Shown piece by piece: positions 13,865 to 29,444 of a stretch of 64,000 nt of DNA (position 1 is the stretch's first letter; each line of letters starts with the position of its first letter). Source of the DNA: Octopus vulgaris (Eukaryota); contig OX597838.1 of assembly GCA_951406725.2 (NCBI GenBank), positions 38,316,001-38,380,000 on the forward strand, read 5' to 3'. The notes under the pieces were generated by a model that was not told the origin of the DNA, made no database searches, and was given only the letters and a program-made list of their open reading frames with translations. Position numbers and translations under genes: made by a program.

Positions 13865-14421
13865 TCAATAAAGCCAAGAGAAAAAGATGTTTTATAAACA
13901 CATTCTACCAGTATATGAAGTTTAAAATTTTTTAGTTACCTAGAAATTATGTTAAAAACTGCCGTTCAAACCGAAAAGGTCATATAAGTTCTTGAAGAAG
14001 ATAATGGTGTATATATATGTGTGTGTGCCTGTGTGTTTTGGAATGCATGCATGCATGTATGTATCTACATACACCACTCTTTTCTTTAAGAACTCATTTA
14101 AGAAATTACCGTCTTCTTTTAATCTCCTAAACATGAATAATCTAATCCGGTGTTAACATATCGACACACATACTGCAATTGTCTACAACAAGACATTTGA
14201 ACTCTGTTGAACCGATATCTAGAGGCATATTTTTCATATTCATCATCAGTTCGTGACGATGCGGTTTCGAATACTGCTTCAGGACATGCAAAATTGATTC
14301 TTTCTCAAATAGTTTTCTTTTTCAATATAGAAAACATTTCACATATTTCTATCTTGTATTTATGCACTATATCTCAATTTACTGATCTCACCAGTTTTGC
14401 ACATTCATATTACTACTACTA

Positions 14422-14486
<65 letters not shown>

Positions 14487-14744
14487 TCTACTTTTCTATT
14501 CTCCTCGAACATTCCCATCTTCTCCTCCCACCTACCCACACAATAGCCATTCCTCCTGTGATTTGCTTGTTGCAGCCAGAAATGGTTTTGGTCGAAAGTA
14601 CCAATAACTTTTAGAGCTCGTTCCATTTGCCTCAATCAAGTAAGCCTATCAGTAATGTACCTACAATGACTCCTGGAAACAGCTGTAAGCCGAATTTGCT
14701 CCAATAAAGAAATAATATGTAATATGTAATTTTCACTTATTTCG

Positions 14745-14829
<85 letters not shown>

Positions 14830-14843
14830 ATATATACATATAC

Positions 14844-14894
<51 letters not shown>

Positions 14895-14896
<2 letters not shown>

Positions 14897-15210
14897 GAAA
14901 TATTAATATTTCAAAATCTCTCTAAAAAAACTACGGCAGCAGTACTCGATATTAGTAGTTATCGCCAAGCAAACACGGCAGTCCAGCAGAATAGGACGAA
15001 TGCTGCCGTTGATTAGCTCCAAGAGGCAATCGCCTCTAGCTAGCTATGTGACACACAAACCTGTGTCCATTACAATCTTCGAATAAGGGGGTCAGCAGCT
15101 TCTCCTTGCTGGTCTGGCATCACCAGACTTGTTTCGGGGTATTTACCCCTTTTCAATGTAGAGTAGTCGAACCCAGCAGGGTCACTGCTGACCGTCTGTT
15201 TATTTACCTA
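14895..15210 (-). mobile_element. Diverged monomer of the 362-bp HHR repeat family, flanked by (TA)n
   Basis: Colinear with the array unit from TAGGTAAATAAA through the HHR, CTGACC..TTCGAAG and GGCGATAACTA to ATATTTCTA. Confidence 0.85.
15121..15165 (-). ncRNA. Type I hammerhead motif, U3-A8 core, stem I partly eroded
   Basis: TTGAAAA-GGGG(TAAATA)CCCC-GAAA-CAAG-TC on the minus strand. Confidence 0.7.
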
Positions 15211-15213
15211 TAT

Positions 15214-15265
<52 letters not shown>

Positions 15266-15399
15266 AATTTACAATATAAGGGCAAAAGAAAAATTCTAGT
15301 GCCAAATATGCCGAAATAAAGACAAAAATTGTCAATTAACCATTATAATTTATGCGTCTCGAAACAAACCGATAGAAATTTCTAAAATATTCGTTATTA

Positions 15400-15460
15400 C
15401 CGTATTGGACCAATTTCGGAGTTAATTCATAAGAATTTTCTCCTCTTCAGCGGCATATAC
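15400..15460 (-). ncRNA. Hammerhead-like motif, stem I eroded
   Basis: CTGAAGA-GGAG...CTCC-GAAA-TTGG-TC on the minus strand. Confidence 0.6.
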
Positions 15461-15694
15461 GCGAGATATAAGTGAAATACTTACTCATACCTATGGAAAA
15501 AGCAAACACCAAGTCCTGAGCAGACCTAAGTACCCCAAATATATCCAAAATAGAAAATCTTCGGCACGTCTCCAGACACGTGTTATTCGAACTAGAAACT
15601 TTCACAGAGTGATAGAATCCGGAAGTGAACACTATTCAATTTATAATTAATGTAGGATAAAATTTTTTCGGGAAAAAAATTTTATCATCCAGCA

Positions 15695-15733
<39 letters not shown>

Positions 15734-16009
15734 CTCCTTCCCGAGTCATATTGACTTTTAAGGGTTTCCGTGGCGTATATATATTCCAGCACCCGGATGG
15801 GACACCGGTCCCTTGCAGCGTTACTAATTTTTGCCAGCCGAATGGATAGGAGCAACGTAAAATGAAGTGTTTTGCCCAAGAACATGCAGTGTTACTCGCT
15901 CCATGAATCGTAACTGGCATCTTACGATGCTGAGTCTGATACTGTTACCACCAAGAAATGCGCCTCCATACACACGCACGCACGCATGCACACATACATT
16001 TATATATAC

Positions 16010-16111
<102 letters not shown>

Positions 16112-16159
16112 TTTCGTGTTTATATTAACGACCTGTAGGGAGAGCTAATCAACAGTTTT

Positions 16160-16362
16160 TCTAGAATGGATCGTTAGCTACTACACGCATTTTTTTCTCT
16201 CCTTGTTTCTCTCCTTGCTTTTTTTCTGTGTATCTCTCTGTGGAAGAGCGTAGGCTCGAAACGTAAAAGACATTTTCTATTCCTGAGCGCTATATTAATG
16301 CATTTGTTTGTTTGTACACCACCTACCTTCGTCTTTTGTTTATTTTCGTAAACTTTCCCTTT
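16160..16362 (+). mobile_element. Penelope-type terminal repeat fragment with a degenerate minimal HHR (16234-16270)
   Basis: CTGTGGA-A-GAGC(GTAG)GCTC-GAAA-CG-TA; ends in (TA)n; related to 33030-33180. Confidence 0.55.
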
Positions 16363-16372
16363 ATATATATAT

Positions 16373-16649
16373 AAGGATAATATCGATATTTAGATATCGA
16401 TATTATCAAGTGGCCAGCATGGGAATAATTACCATACAAGGGTAATATTTTTTTACAACTATAAATAAGGGTATCTGAGAGACACCACCATGCCGAAATA
16501 GCAGTCAAAACCCTGACTCTAAAAACCACCTAAAATGTCTCTCTGTTTTATCTCATGGTGCGATATGAACATTTTGTGTGTTTTTAGAGTCAGGGTCTTA
16601 GCTGCTATTTCGGCATAGTGGTGTCTCTCTGATACCCTTATTTATAGTT
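16373..16649. repeat. Dispersed repeat with an internal inverted duplication; homologous to 30040-30276
   Basis: Arms about 16458-16530 and 16577-16649; shared ATGCCGAAATAGCAGTC and ATATCGCACCATGAG. Confidence 0.8.
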
Positions 16650-16692
<43 letters not shown>

Positions 16693-16724
16693 AATTTTTG
16701 TTTGTCTTGTTGTCGAGAGAGGCT

Positions 16725-16818
16725 CCCTTTCTTTCCTGATGAGAAGATTGCATAATGCACCCTTTATTCCTTTGGAATGAAAAAATGTTGTCTTCGAAAC
16801 ATGTGTCGAGAGTAAAGG
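16725..16818 (+). ncRNA. Type I hammerhead ribozyme motif, canonical core
   Basis: CCTTTCTTTC-CTGATGA-GAAGA...TCTTC-GAAA-C(ATGT)G-TC-GAGAGTAAAGG; predicted cleavage after 16807. Confidence 0.8.
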
Positions 16819-17344
16819 AATTTTGTTATCATCTTCGTTCGACTCCATTCTTTCATTTATTTATATACATATATATAACAGTTTTCTTTTGAGAGACGAG
16901 AAAATGTGTACTCAATGCCTTAAACAAAGCAAACAACCAAAACCCTATCCGAGTGGTAGCCTCATAAGGGAACTTTCCCGAATTCTGCAACGTACATATT
17001 CCGCAGTTGGGACGGGACGCCGGTTTGTCGCAGGAATACACATTTTTGCCAACTGAGTGGAATGGGGCCACGTGAAATGGCGTGCATTGCTCAAGGAAAT
17101 AACGCACACGAAGCGTAGCCACGATCGCTAGGTCATAGGTGCAGCACTAACCACTAGGCCACGTGCCTTTATTGTTAGCTACAAAATCAAACTTAAACAC
17201 CGCAAATTACAGAATTGCAGGAAATAAAAAACATAGACTCTTAAATTAAGAAGACAAATTAAGTTATGAGATAAGGCAAATAATTGATAAGATGGAGTAA
17301 ACAATATAATCTTATAAATTATATTTATTAACTCACCACACAGT

Positions 17345-17386
<42 letters not shown>

Positions 17387-17494
17387 TATACTTAACATAA
17401 ATAATATAAACAACATATATGTGCGCTGGTGTATGTGTGTACATGTGTGTGGAGGTGTGAGTGTATATATATATATATGCATATATATACATAC

Positions 17495-17530
<36 letters not shown>

Positions 17531-17774
17531 TCATACAAACATACAAATACATATATCATACGTAGATACATACACAACTAAAAACATATACGTACACGTA
17601 TATATATAAATGTAAACCTTTAAAATATAAGTGCACACACCATATACACACAATAACAGACACATTCATATATATATATATACACACATGTGTATACATA
17701 TATACACATGTGTGTATATGTATATATATATGTGTGTGTGTATGTGAGCATATATTCATATGTATATATATAAA

Positions 17775-17819
<45 letters not shown>

Positions 17820-17824
17820 GTATG

Positions 17825-17858
<34 letters not shown>

Positions 17859-18132
17859 TGTATGTATGTATGTATGTATATATGTATGTATGTATGTATG
17901 TATGGATGTATGTATGTATGGTGCCGTGTCATGTCTGGACGGTTGTACTGGAAGAGTGAAACAATAAAAGAGATAGTTTCAGGAAATTCTTAGTTATAAA
18001 TATGTCTACGATGAGATCTAGAACGAGAAGGTAAACTGGAAAATCAATACTGTTAGTATCGTTTGAATCCGATAGCCAAACTTTTAGATCATACACACAC
18101 GCGCGCATATACACACGCATATACACATATGC

Positions 18133-18186
<54 letters not shown>

Positions 18187-18301
18187 TGATAGAATTATAT
18201 ATATAGACATATATATATATATATACATATATACATATTTGTATATAAATATATATATATATGTAGCATATGGAATAATTATATATATGTATATATAAAT
18301 C

Positions 18302-18381
<80 letters not shown>

Positions 18382-18749
18382 GACACACACACACAGATAT
18401 ATATATACAAAAGAAGGTTTGAAAATGCAATTTTAAAAGATGTTTTTTCACTTGACCGGTTTCACTTTTTTAGAAAAAGATTGTCAAAAGTAAAATGTAA
18501 AGCTTTGTATGAACTTTGTTGTGTTAAGTACTGGTTGTCAGAAAAGTATTAAAATACATATATACATTCTTTGATAATAAGAAGAAAATGTTAAAAACAG
18601 TTTACAAGAGAGTATTTAAGAAAGTATTCAACAAAAGTACTTCTATTGAACTCCTAGTACTTTTTGTTGAATACACAACTGGCATCAAAACGGAAGTATA
18701 CCCAGTGCTGTGAGCTGTAGCATGATGGTGCTGCTGAGAAAGGACGCAG

Positions 18750-18951
18750 AAAAGGCGAACCAAATAGATCATTATAGGCCCATAACTCGCGCAGACTTGC
18801 GTTATTCTGAACAGATCTATCCACGACAACCTTCACCTCACTGCTAAAAGGCGAACCAAATAGATCATTTTAGACCCATAACTCTGCTAAACGGTATCGC
18901 GCAGACTTGCGTTATTCTGAACAGATCTATCCACGACAACCTTCACCTCAC
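18750..18951. repeat. Tandem duplication of about 92 bp, second copy with an extra 19-20 bp
   Basis: AAAAGGCGAACCAAATAGATCATT...CCTTCACCTCAC occurs twice. Confidence 0.9.
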
Positions 18952-18960
18952 GCGCTACAT

Positions 18961-18995
<35 letters not shown>

Positions 18996-19010
18996 AGGAA
19001 AGAACCTAGT

Positions 19011-19733
19011 ATGTGTGGTGCTCTGGTCAATTTGGATGAATCAAAATATTTTGAAAGGGTCACCTATCAACACTTGGAGGCCGTCCTTGCGGCGGCCGGC
19101 TTCGATTCCGTTTTCAGAGGCTGGATCGCTGCAATGTATAGTGGCATCTGTTCAGAGGTCAAAGTAAATGGCCATTTATCAGAATCGTTTAGCATCACTC
19201 GCTCGGTCCGTCAAGGGTGCCCACTCTTTCCCCGTCTGTAAGTGCTGGCTCTCGAGCTATTACTAAGGTAGTTGGATATTTCGAGGGGCATTCCGCGTGA
19301 CCTAGGATGCGGAAGGTTCGTGTCAGCTTATGCGGACGACGTCACTGTAATAGTGTCAGACACTTCGAAAATCGAGGTAATCGGTTCTAACTTAAGGGAG
19401 GACGAAGCGATGACAGGAGCAAAAAATTATTAAGGAATAGTCGGTGGGCCGGCAACTCGGCACCTGGAGAGGTTTGTCCATGCCAACCGACAGCGTTGCA
19501 GAACGCTGGACGGAAGGACCGGTTAAATTACTTGGGGTCTGGTTTGGTCCGGGCCTCCAGGGGGACAAGCACAGAGAGAGGTGACGACCAGGGTAGTCAA
19601 TCTCACCCAGAAACGGTCAGAGAGGAAGATGTCCCTGAAAGGTCGGGTGTTGCTGGCGAATGCGTACATTGTTTCCGTCTTCTATTACCGACTAACTGTC
19701 GTCTTCTATTACCGACTAACTGTCGTCCCTGTC
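19011..19733 (+). pseudogene. L1/Tx1-clade LINE reverse transcriptase fragment
   Basis: NLD..K.F.RV, RSVRQGCPL, YADDVT, VKLLGVWFG and SLKGRVLLAN motifs with stops and frameshifts; 24-bp internal duplication near 19676-19725. Confidence 0.9.
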
Positions 19734-19737
19734 TATA

Positions 19738-19890
19738 TGGTAAGAAGCTTGCTTACCAACCACATGGTTTCGGGTTCAGTCCCACTGCGTGGCACCTTTG
19801 GCAGGAGTCTTCTACTATAGCCTCGGTCCGATCAAAGACCTTGTGAGTAGATTTGGTAGACACAAACTGAAAGAAGCCCGTCGTATATAT
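19738..19890 (+). mobile_element. SINE family A, 5' half
   Basis: Matches 5558-5710. Confidence 0.85.
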
Positions 19891-19891
19891 A

Positions 19892-20942
<1,051 letters not shown>

Positions 20943-20944
<2 letters not shown>

Positions 20945-21124
20945 GGAGATGGACAAGAAACAATAGATCATATTATCTCTGGCTGCCCAGTCCTGGCTAA
21001 AAAGGAATATATTCACAGATTCACGGATACGACAGAGTTGGGACATATGCCAACGCTATGGAATAACAACAGAAAAAAGAAGGTATAGGCACACGCCAGA
21101 AAAGGTCACAGAAAACGAGAAAGT
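20943..21124 (+). pseudogene. R4/Dong LINE fragment, duplicate of about 22480-22660
   Basis: GDGQETIDHIISGCPVLAKKEY zinc-knuckle region with the same indels as the 22.5-kb copy. Confidence 0.85.
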
Positions 21125-21179
21125 ATCCCTATATATATATATATGGGTATGTATGTATTTGCGTATCAGTTCTTGTACC

Positions 21180-21370
21180 ACATCCATCGCTTGACAAACG
21201 ATGTTGGTGTGTTTATGTCCCTGTAACTTAGTGGTTCGGCAAAAGTTACCGATAGACTAAGTACTTGGCTTACAAAGAATAAGTCCCGGGGTCGATTTGT
21301 TCGACTAAAGGCTGTGCTCCAGCTTGGGCACAGTCAAATGACTGAAACAATGAAAGGAACTAAAAGAAAA
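21180..21370 (+). mobile_element. SINE family A, diverged 3' half
   Basis: CTTGACAAACGATGTTGGTGTG...CAGTCAAATGACTGAAAC. Confidence 0.8.
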
Positions 21371-22090
21371 AATACCGAAACATAGATATAAACATATATA
21401 TATATATATAAAGAGAGAGAGAGAGAGTAAGATATATATATATACGCACGCACACAAATGCATATATATATGCATATATACGTGTATGTGTGTGAGTGTG
21501 CTTCATCTAGGAAGCGTGCCTGATAAGAAAAACTAAATACTTTTACATGCATATTTACAGTAAACGGAAACTTGCAAATTTTTTACAACTGTTGTACAAA
21601 CACACCGCCTGGGTAATTTCGTTAATTAATATTCATCACTAACAAATCAATCAATTGATATGCAGATGTATAGATTCGGTGTTTGTTACTCAAATCGTTT
21701 CTTTATGCGCAGTTGCAATTACTTTCAGGCTTCCCCTATGCGCTTGCCTATATCCATAACAGTCTACGACTCTTTCTCTCTGTGTGTGGTAGTTTAGAGA
21801 CACATCTCTCTTTTTCTCCACATGTTTGTGGATTTATCTTCCTCTCAATTACTATTTGCGGACGTTTCAATTAGAAAGACGAATTTAAACTTTTCGTGAT
21901 AAATGAAATATTCTAATTAACATTAAGAAAACATCGAATAATAATTAATTAAAAATTCATAAAATTTAAAACTTAACAACTTTCATACTTATAAATTTAA
22001 AGGTGTAATAAAAACAACGAAACTAATTAGAAGAACGATGATTATTATTATCATTATTATTATTATTATCATGCTCATTATTATACCTAC

Positions 22091-22166
<76 letters not shown>

Positions 22167-22386
22167 TGCAAACGCAGTTGGGAAAGTATAATAATTAGGA
22201 ACGGGTATATGATTAGGTTTGATTCAGCAACAAAGGAAAGGACAACTGTACACGTATACATGAAGCTCAAAATAGAGGAAATAAATTAAATGGAAAATAA
22301 ATACGTATATCATAAATATGTTCGTTGTACTAAGATAATAATATAAATAATAATAATAATAATAACAACAACATATAATGTTATTA

Positions 22387-22418
<32 letters not shown>

Positions 22419-22465
22419 GTTGTTGTTGTTATTATTATTATTATTTTTATTGAAAACATTACAAG

Positions 22466-23451
<986 letters not shown>

Positions 23452-23452
23452 A

Positions 23453-23740
23453 TATTCACAGGGTAATTTGTAAAAACCTGGACCTGCCCCATGATAAAAA
23501 CTAGTGGAAACACAAACCACCACCAGTGCTTGAAAATGATCGCATCTCACTCCTCTGGAACTTCACCATTCAAACTGACAGAAAGATAGAGGCAAATAGG
23601 CCAGATATTATATTGAAAGACTCCAGACAAAGAACATGCCTCCTCATTGATATGACTAACCCAATCGACATTAATGAATATGTTAAGACCTACCAAAAAC
23701 TGAGCAAATATAAAGATCTTGAAACAGAAATTTGCAAAAT
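23453..23740 (+). pseudogene. Second R4/Dong subfamily endonuclease fragment
   Basis: LLWNFTIQTDRKIEANRPDIILKD...LIDMTNP...KLSKYKDLE. Confidence 0.88.
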
Positions 23741-23752
23741 ATATATATACAT

Positions 23753-23975
23753 AGAGGCGCAATGGCCTAGTGGTTAGGGCAGCGGACTCGCGGTCGCAGG
23801 ATCGCGGTTTCGATTCTCAGACCGGGCGTTGTGTGTGTTTATTGAGCGAAAACACCTAAAAGCTCTACGAGGCTCCGGCAGGGGGTGGTGATCCCTGCTG
23901 TACTCTTTCACCACAATGGCGGTGCCCCAGCATGGCCACAGCTCAAGAGCTGAAACTGGAAAAACAAAAACAAAC
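23753..23975 (+). mobile_element. SINE family D (tRNA-like head; 3' tail shared with family A)
   Basis: GAGGCGCAATGGCCTAGTGGTTAGGG...GGTTTCGATTC head; GGCGGTGCCCCAGCATGGCC...CTGAAAC tail; second head at 33765. Confidence 0.85.
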
Positions 23976-24215
23976 AAACAAAATACATACTCAGACAGAC
24001 AGATAGATAGCTAGATACAGAGACAGACAGGCAGACAGGCAGACATATAGACAGGCATGTTCCTCTACATTATATGAAAAGATATACGAAGCATTTATAT
24101 CCATAGATTGAAAGCCACGCATCCATTTCCAAGTCAGTTTTATCTTTGAAAATGTATATATAGATACATATATATTGGAGACAACTATATATGCACACAC
24201 ACACTCACACACACA

Positions 24216-24262
<47 letters not shown>

Positions 24263-24610
24263 AAACACACACACACATATTAATATATTATGCATGTATG
24301 CCGGAATCTCCCGCCGTCAGACGACGTATGAGGGTCCGGCAATTTCTTGTTGAACAACCACATAAATTATTTGTTTATAGGGATCAAATGTTTGCGTAGA
24401 CATAAGCTCACTCCCTCCATCAGGCCAACATTACCTGTACAGGTGCCACTGGGTGCCACATGCCACATGACGAAATAATTTCAGGGCAACGTGAAATGAA
24501 GTGCTTTGCCCAAGAACGCAACGCAACGCCCGGTCTTAGAATCGAGCCCACGATTTCACAATCGTGAGTGCAACACCCTAACCATTAAGCCATATGCCCT
24601 CATGTGCGTG

Positions 24611-24672
<62 letters not shown>

Positions 24673-24748
24673 TGTGTGATGTGCACTGTGTATGTATACG
24701 TGGATATGGAGATATGGATATATATATATATATATATGGGGATATGGA

Positions 24749-24782
<34 letters not shown>

Positions 24783-25407
24783 GTATATATAAAATATATA
24801 TATATATATAAATTTTCTTCCTTGTTTCCAAAATATGTGTGGGGGGGTGTCTGTCTGTGTGTATGTATATGTATGTGTGTATATAACACAAGTATGTATG
24901 TGTGTACAAAATACTCCCGCTAACTTCTTGTGAACTTACGAATGTTATATTAGAAAGTAGACTTACACTTGTGTGTATCTACCATATAGATATGTATATG
25001 TAATGGTAGTTTTGTGTTTAAGTCTACCTTTTTATGGTCTACGTGTTCATGAAAGTTTCAATGAACCAGATAAATCATTATTTCTACACAACCTGTTCTC
25101 ATACCACAAATGTTCGTCTGACTAAAACTATGATATTCAGCTTGGCTTCCATTTTCCTTTCTCAACAGCTCATACATTTCGCTTGCCTCTTATCATTCAA
25201 TCGCTATTTTACCATAGAATAAAGTGTCTGACTATGCGCTACAGCAACACCATTGAAATATATACATACATGCATACATACATACATACATACATACATA
25301 CATACATACATACATACATACATACATACATACATACATACATACATCTGTATGCATATACATATATATTTATATATACATGCACATACAAAAATACATA
25401 TACATAC

Positions 25408-25506
<99 letters not shown>

Positions 25507-25507
25507 A

Positions 25508-25568
<61 letters not shown>

Positions 25569-27139
25569 CCATCACGGCAAATCTATTTTTGCTATTTTTC
25601 GCCTTGAGCGATGTTTCATAGTTTGATAATGCGGTAAAATGGCCGCAACGCTCATTCGCAATTCCCGATCCGTTCCACCATAATAACGTAATACTCATTC
25701 AAAGAATATTAGGGAATGGAGGATATATATATATATATATATACAGTCACATATAAATGTAGCTACATATAAATGCAGACATCTGTGCATGCTTATACGT
25801 CTGGACGTATATATTTACATAGATAACTATTTATTTATGCATATATATTTAAATATATATATATATATAAACACACGCATCTACATATATATATGAATGT
25901 ACATCTATACATATATATATATATATGCATATATATATATATATATATATATATACATGTTTTAAATATAAGTATATCCATCAATAAGTATATATACACT
26001 TTATGCATGTTTGTGTGCGCATATGAATATACAGATAAATGTATATATGTATATGTTTATATATATATATATAAACGTATATATATATATGTATACATAT
26101 ATGTATGTATACATATATATGTATATATACATATGTATATATATATATATATGTGTGTGTGTGTATATATATATATATGTACAAATATATATATACTACA
26201 TATTACAAAAGTGTATATCTGAATATATGCATTTATACATACGTATACATATATATAAAACGTACGTTTATATATATATATGTATAGGTATGTATAAATA
26301 ATATAAACACACACACGCACACACACATATACACACATATATACATACCTGTATACATATACCTATATACATATATTTATATATATATACATAGGTGTGA
26401 GCATATACATATGAAGACATGTATATTTTCTTTTATTAGCTCAGAATACTAAAACAGTTACTCAAGTGCCTACTTTTCCGTGCTAAGGCATTTATCGCAC
26501 CGGCCATCGAAAAAAAAGACGAAGACTCGGTCATAGAATAATAACAGAACTTTCTAAAATGGTCTAAAAATAATGTCTCTATGGCTAATATAAATATTAG
26601 AGACATCGCCATTATGCTTTGATTTCTTTGACTTTCTCTCCACTGTAGAATCAAACGTATATATTGCATGCTTATACATACATACGTAAGTGCATATATA
26701 TACATGTATATATATATATGTGTGTGTGTATATATATACATACTCATACTGCGCGTAGATATACATATATGTATATGTGTGTGTATATAAATATGAGTAT
26801 TTTTATACTTATATACGTTTAAATATATATGTACCTAAACATATATATCTAAATATATGGAAAAATATATATACATCTGAAAATATGCTTAAATATGTAT
26901 AATATATATGTGTGTGTGTATGTATGTAGATATACATATATATATTACATATATCTACATATACGTATATATATACATACAAATATATACATGTACATAT
27001 ATATATATATATATGTATACATTTTGATATATGTATGGATACATACACACACACATATATATTATACATTTTTATACATATTTTCATATATATATATATA
27101 TATTTATACATATATTTTGATATATTTACGTATATATAG

Positions 27140-27170
<31 letters not shown>

Positions 27171-27471
27171 CTACATAAGTATAAAATACGTATATTTATA
27201 TGCACACACATATGCATATATGTATGTTTACGTGTATATGTGCGTGTATAAATATCGTGTATGTATATTTACCGTCTCCTGCTTATGAATATGCATGTAT
27301 AATTTTTTTAAATGTATATAGCACACATCATATCAATATCTCACTGAATGCACCACAGTAGGAGCATCTCAACACAGATATAGATATATGAGTATACACA
27401 GACACACATGAATAAGCACACACACACACACATAAACACACACACAGACACGCTCTCATACACACATATGT

Positions 27472-27503
<32 letters not shown>

Positions 27504-28065
27504 GATTATAATAAAGGGTTAATTGCAACAAGTTGCTCAAAACCACATACCGAACATATTAGAAATAGCAGCCAAATAGGTCACCATTACTACTACTAGA
27601 AAAATAAGTCTCCACAAACAAACATTATTTGTAACCCGTATATGGTAAAGAGAAAGAAGACAACGAAATACCAGCCTATTTGGATTAATTATGGACGAAT
27701 TCGCTTCTGGATTAGAATCGAAAGTTTATTTCTTATAAAGTTTATTTCTTATAAAAATAAGAAAAATAGTGTGGAGCGACTGACCTCCCTTGTTCGAAGG
27801 TTATATGGATACAGTTTGTGTATCAAATAGCTAACTTAAGGCGATGGCCTCATGGAGCTAATAAGCGGACAGCTTTTTTCTTATTTTTATAAGAATGCCA
27901 TATTAGTATGGCGATAACTATTATTTTCCGGGAACGCTGCCGCTGTTCTCTTTTAGAGAGACTTAGTTATTTTAATATTTCTATTATTGAAAACAAGTGG
28001 ATGTATTCCACCGAAACTAGGTAAATAAAACCATCGAACAGAGATTGTCGGAAGCGACACCTACT

Positions 28066-28125
28066 GGCTGGCTACGCTGCATTGAAAAGGGGCAATACTC
28101 CGAAACGCGTCTGTAGCTGCCGGTC
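28066..28125 (+). ncRNA. Type I hammerhead ribozyme, U3-A8 core variant (copy 1)
   Basis: GCTGCA-TTGAAAA-GGGG(CAATA)CTCC-GAAA-CGCG-TC-TGTAGC, stem I extended by GGCTGGC/GCCGGTC; predicted cut after 28111. Confidence 0.82.
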
Positions 28126-28427
28126 AAGTAGTGTGGAGCGACTGACCTCCCTTGTTCGAAGGTTATATGGATACAGTTTGTGTATCAAATAGCTAACTTA
28201 AGGCGATGGCCTCATGGAGCTAATAAGCGGACAGCTTTTTTCTTATTTTTATAAGAATGCCATATTAGTATGGCGATAACTATTATTTTCCGGGAACGCT
28301 GCCGCTGTTCTCTTTTAGAGAGACTTAGTTATTTTAATATTTCTATTATTGAAAACAAGTGGATGTATTCCACCGAAACTAGGTAAATAAAACCATCGAA
28401 CAGAGATTGTCGGAAGCGACACCTACT

Positions 28428-28487
28428 GGCTGGCTACGCTGCATTGAAAAGGGGCAATACTCCGAAACGCGTCTGTAGCTGCCGGTC
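28428..28487 (+). ncRNA. Type I hammerhead ribozyme, U3-A8 core variant (copy 2)
   Basis: Identical to copy 1 at +362; predicted cut after 28473. Confidence 0.82.
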
Positions 28488-28645
28488 AAGTAGTGTGGAG
28501 CGACTGACCTCCCTTGTTCGAAGGTTATATGGATACAGTTTGTGTATCAAATAGCTAACTTAAGGCGATGGCCTCATGGAGCTAATAAGCGGACAGCTTT
28601 TTTCTTATTTTTATAAGAATGCCATATTAGTATGGCGATAACTAT

Positions 28646-28697
<52 letters not shown>

Positions 28698-29444
28698 TTA
28701 TATATATATATGTATGTATATATATATGCATATATATATTTGTGTGTGTATGTGTGTGCATGTATATATATATATATATAATTGAAAAATATCGTTATAA
28801 GTATAAGGTACAAATATACTATAAAATAATTATAGAAAAATGGAGGAGGAAAAAAGGTGTTGAATCAAAATTAGATTTTATACATAAGAGGATTCAATAC
28901 ATACGCGCTTCAAAGGACAATACAAATATGTAAGAAAAAAATTATAATCATAGTAATTATAATTAAATTTATGCATTGTCGTTCTCATCAGTGTGAGAAA
29001 GTTTTTTTTTATAGAGATAGATAGGTAGCTAGATATATGCATACACGCACACACATATATATGTATATATATGTATATATATTCCAAACGTATCTTAATG
29101 TAATCCTTGTATTGTTCTTTGTATACCGGATTGTTTTCGATACAAATTATGTAAATTGCAGAATTATATATTTATATATATTTTGTAATTTTGATTTTGC
29201 TTGGGAAATTAAACAATTGTTGGTGAATATGTTAATTAATTAATATAGTAATTTGTATCCATTTGATCCCCCCCCTTTTCAAACCTGATAATAATGTTTG
29301 ACATTGTATGATATTTTATGTGATACATCCATTGAAGTAATATCTCTTCAATATATAACTTAAATGATTATATCTTGGATAAATTATCACTTATGAGAGG
29401 TTTAAATGTCCTCATTGGGACTATATATATTTATATATATAGAT

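Larger units (their letters stand above)
27767..28651 (+). repeat. Tandem array of 2.44 x 362-bp apparently identical units, each complete unit with a hammerhead; retrozyme-like
   Basis: TAGTGTGGAGCG at 27767, 28129 and 28491; ends in (TA)n. Confidence 0.95.

Noticed and set aside
23753-23825. tRNA gene
   Set aside because: The tRNA-like head continues into a SINE body and recurs at 33765; no acceptor stem or terminator
27767-28651. CRISPR array or ordinary satellite
   Set aside because: No unique spacers and a eukaryotic context; only 2.4 units, with dispersed relatives and a ribozyme fold
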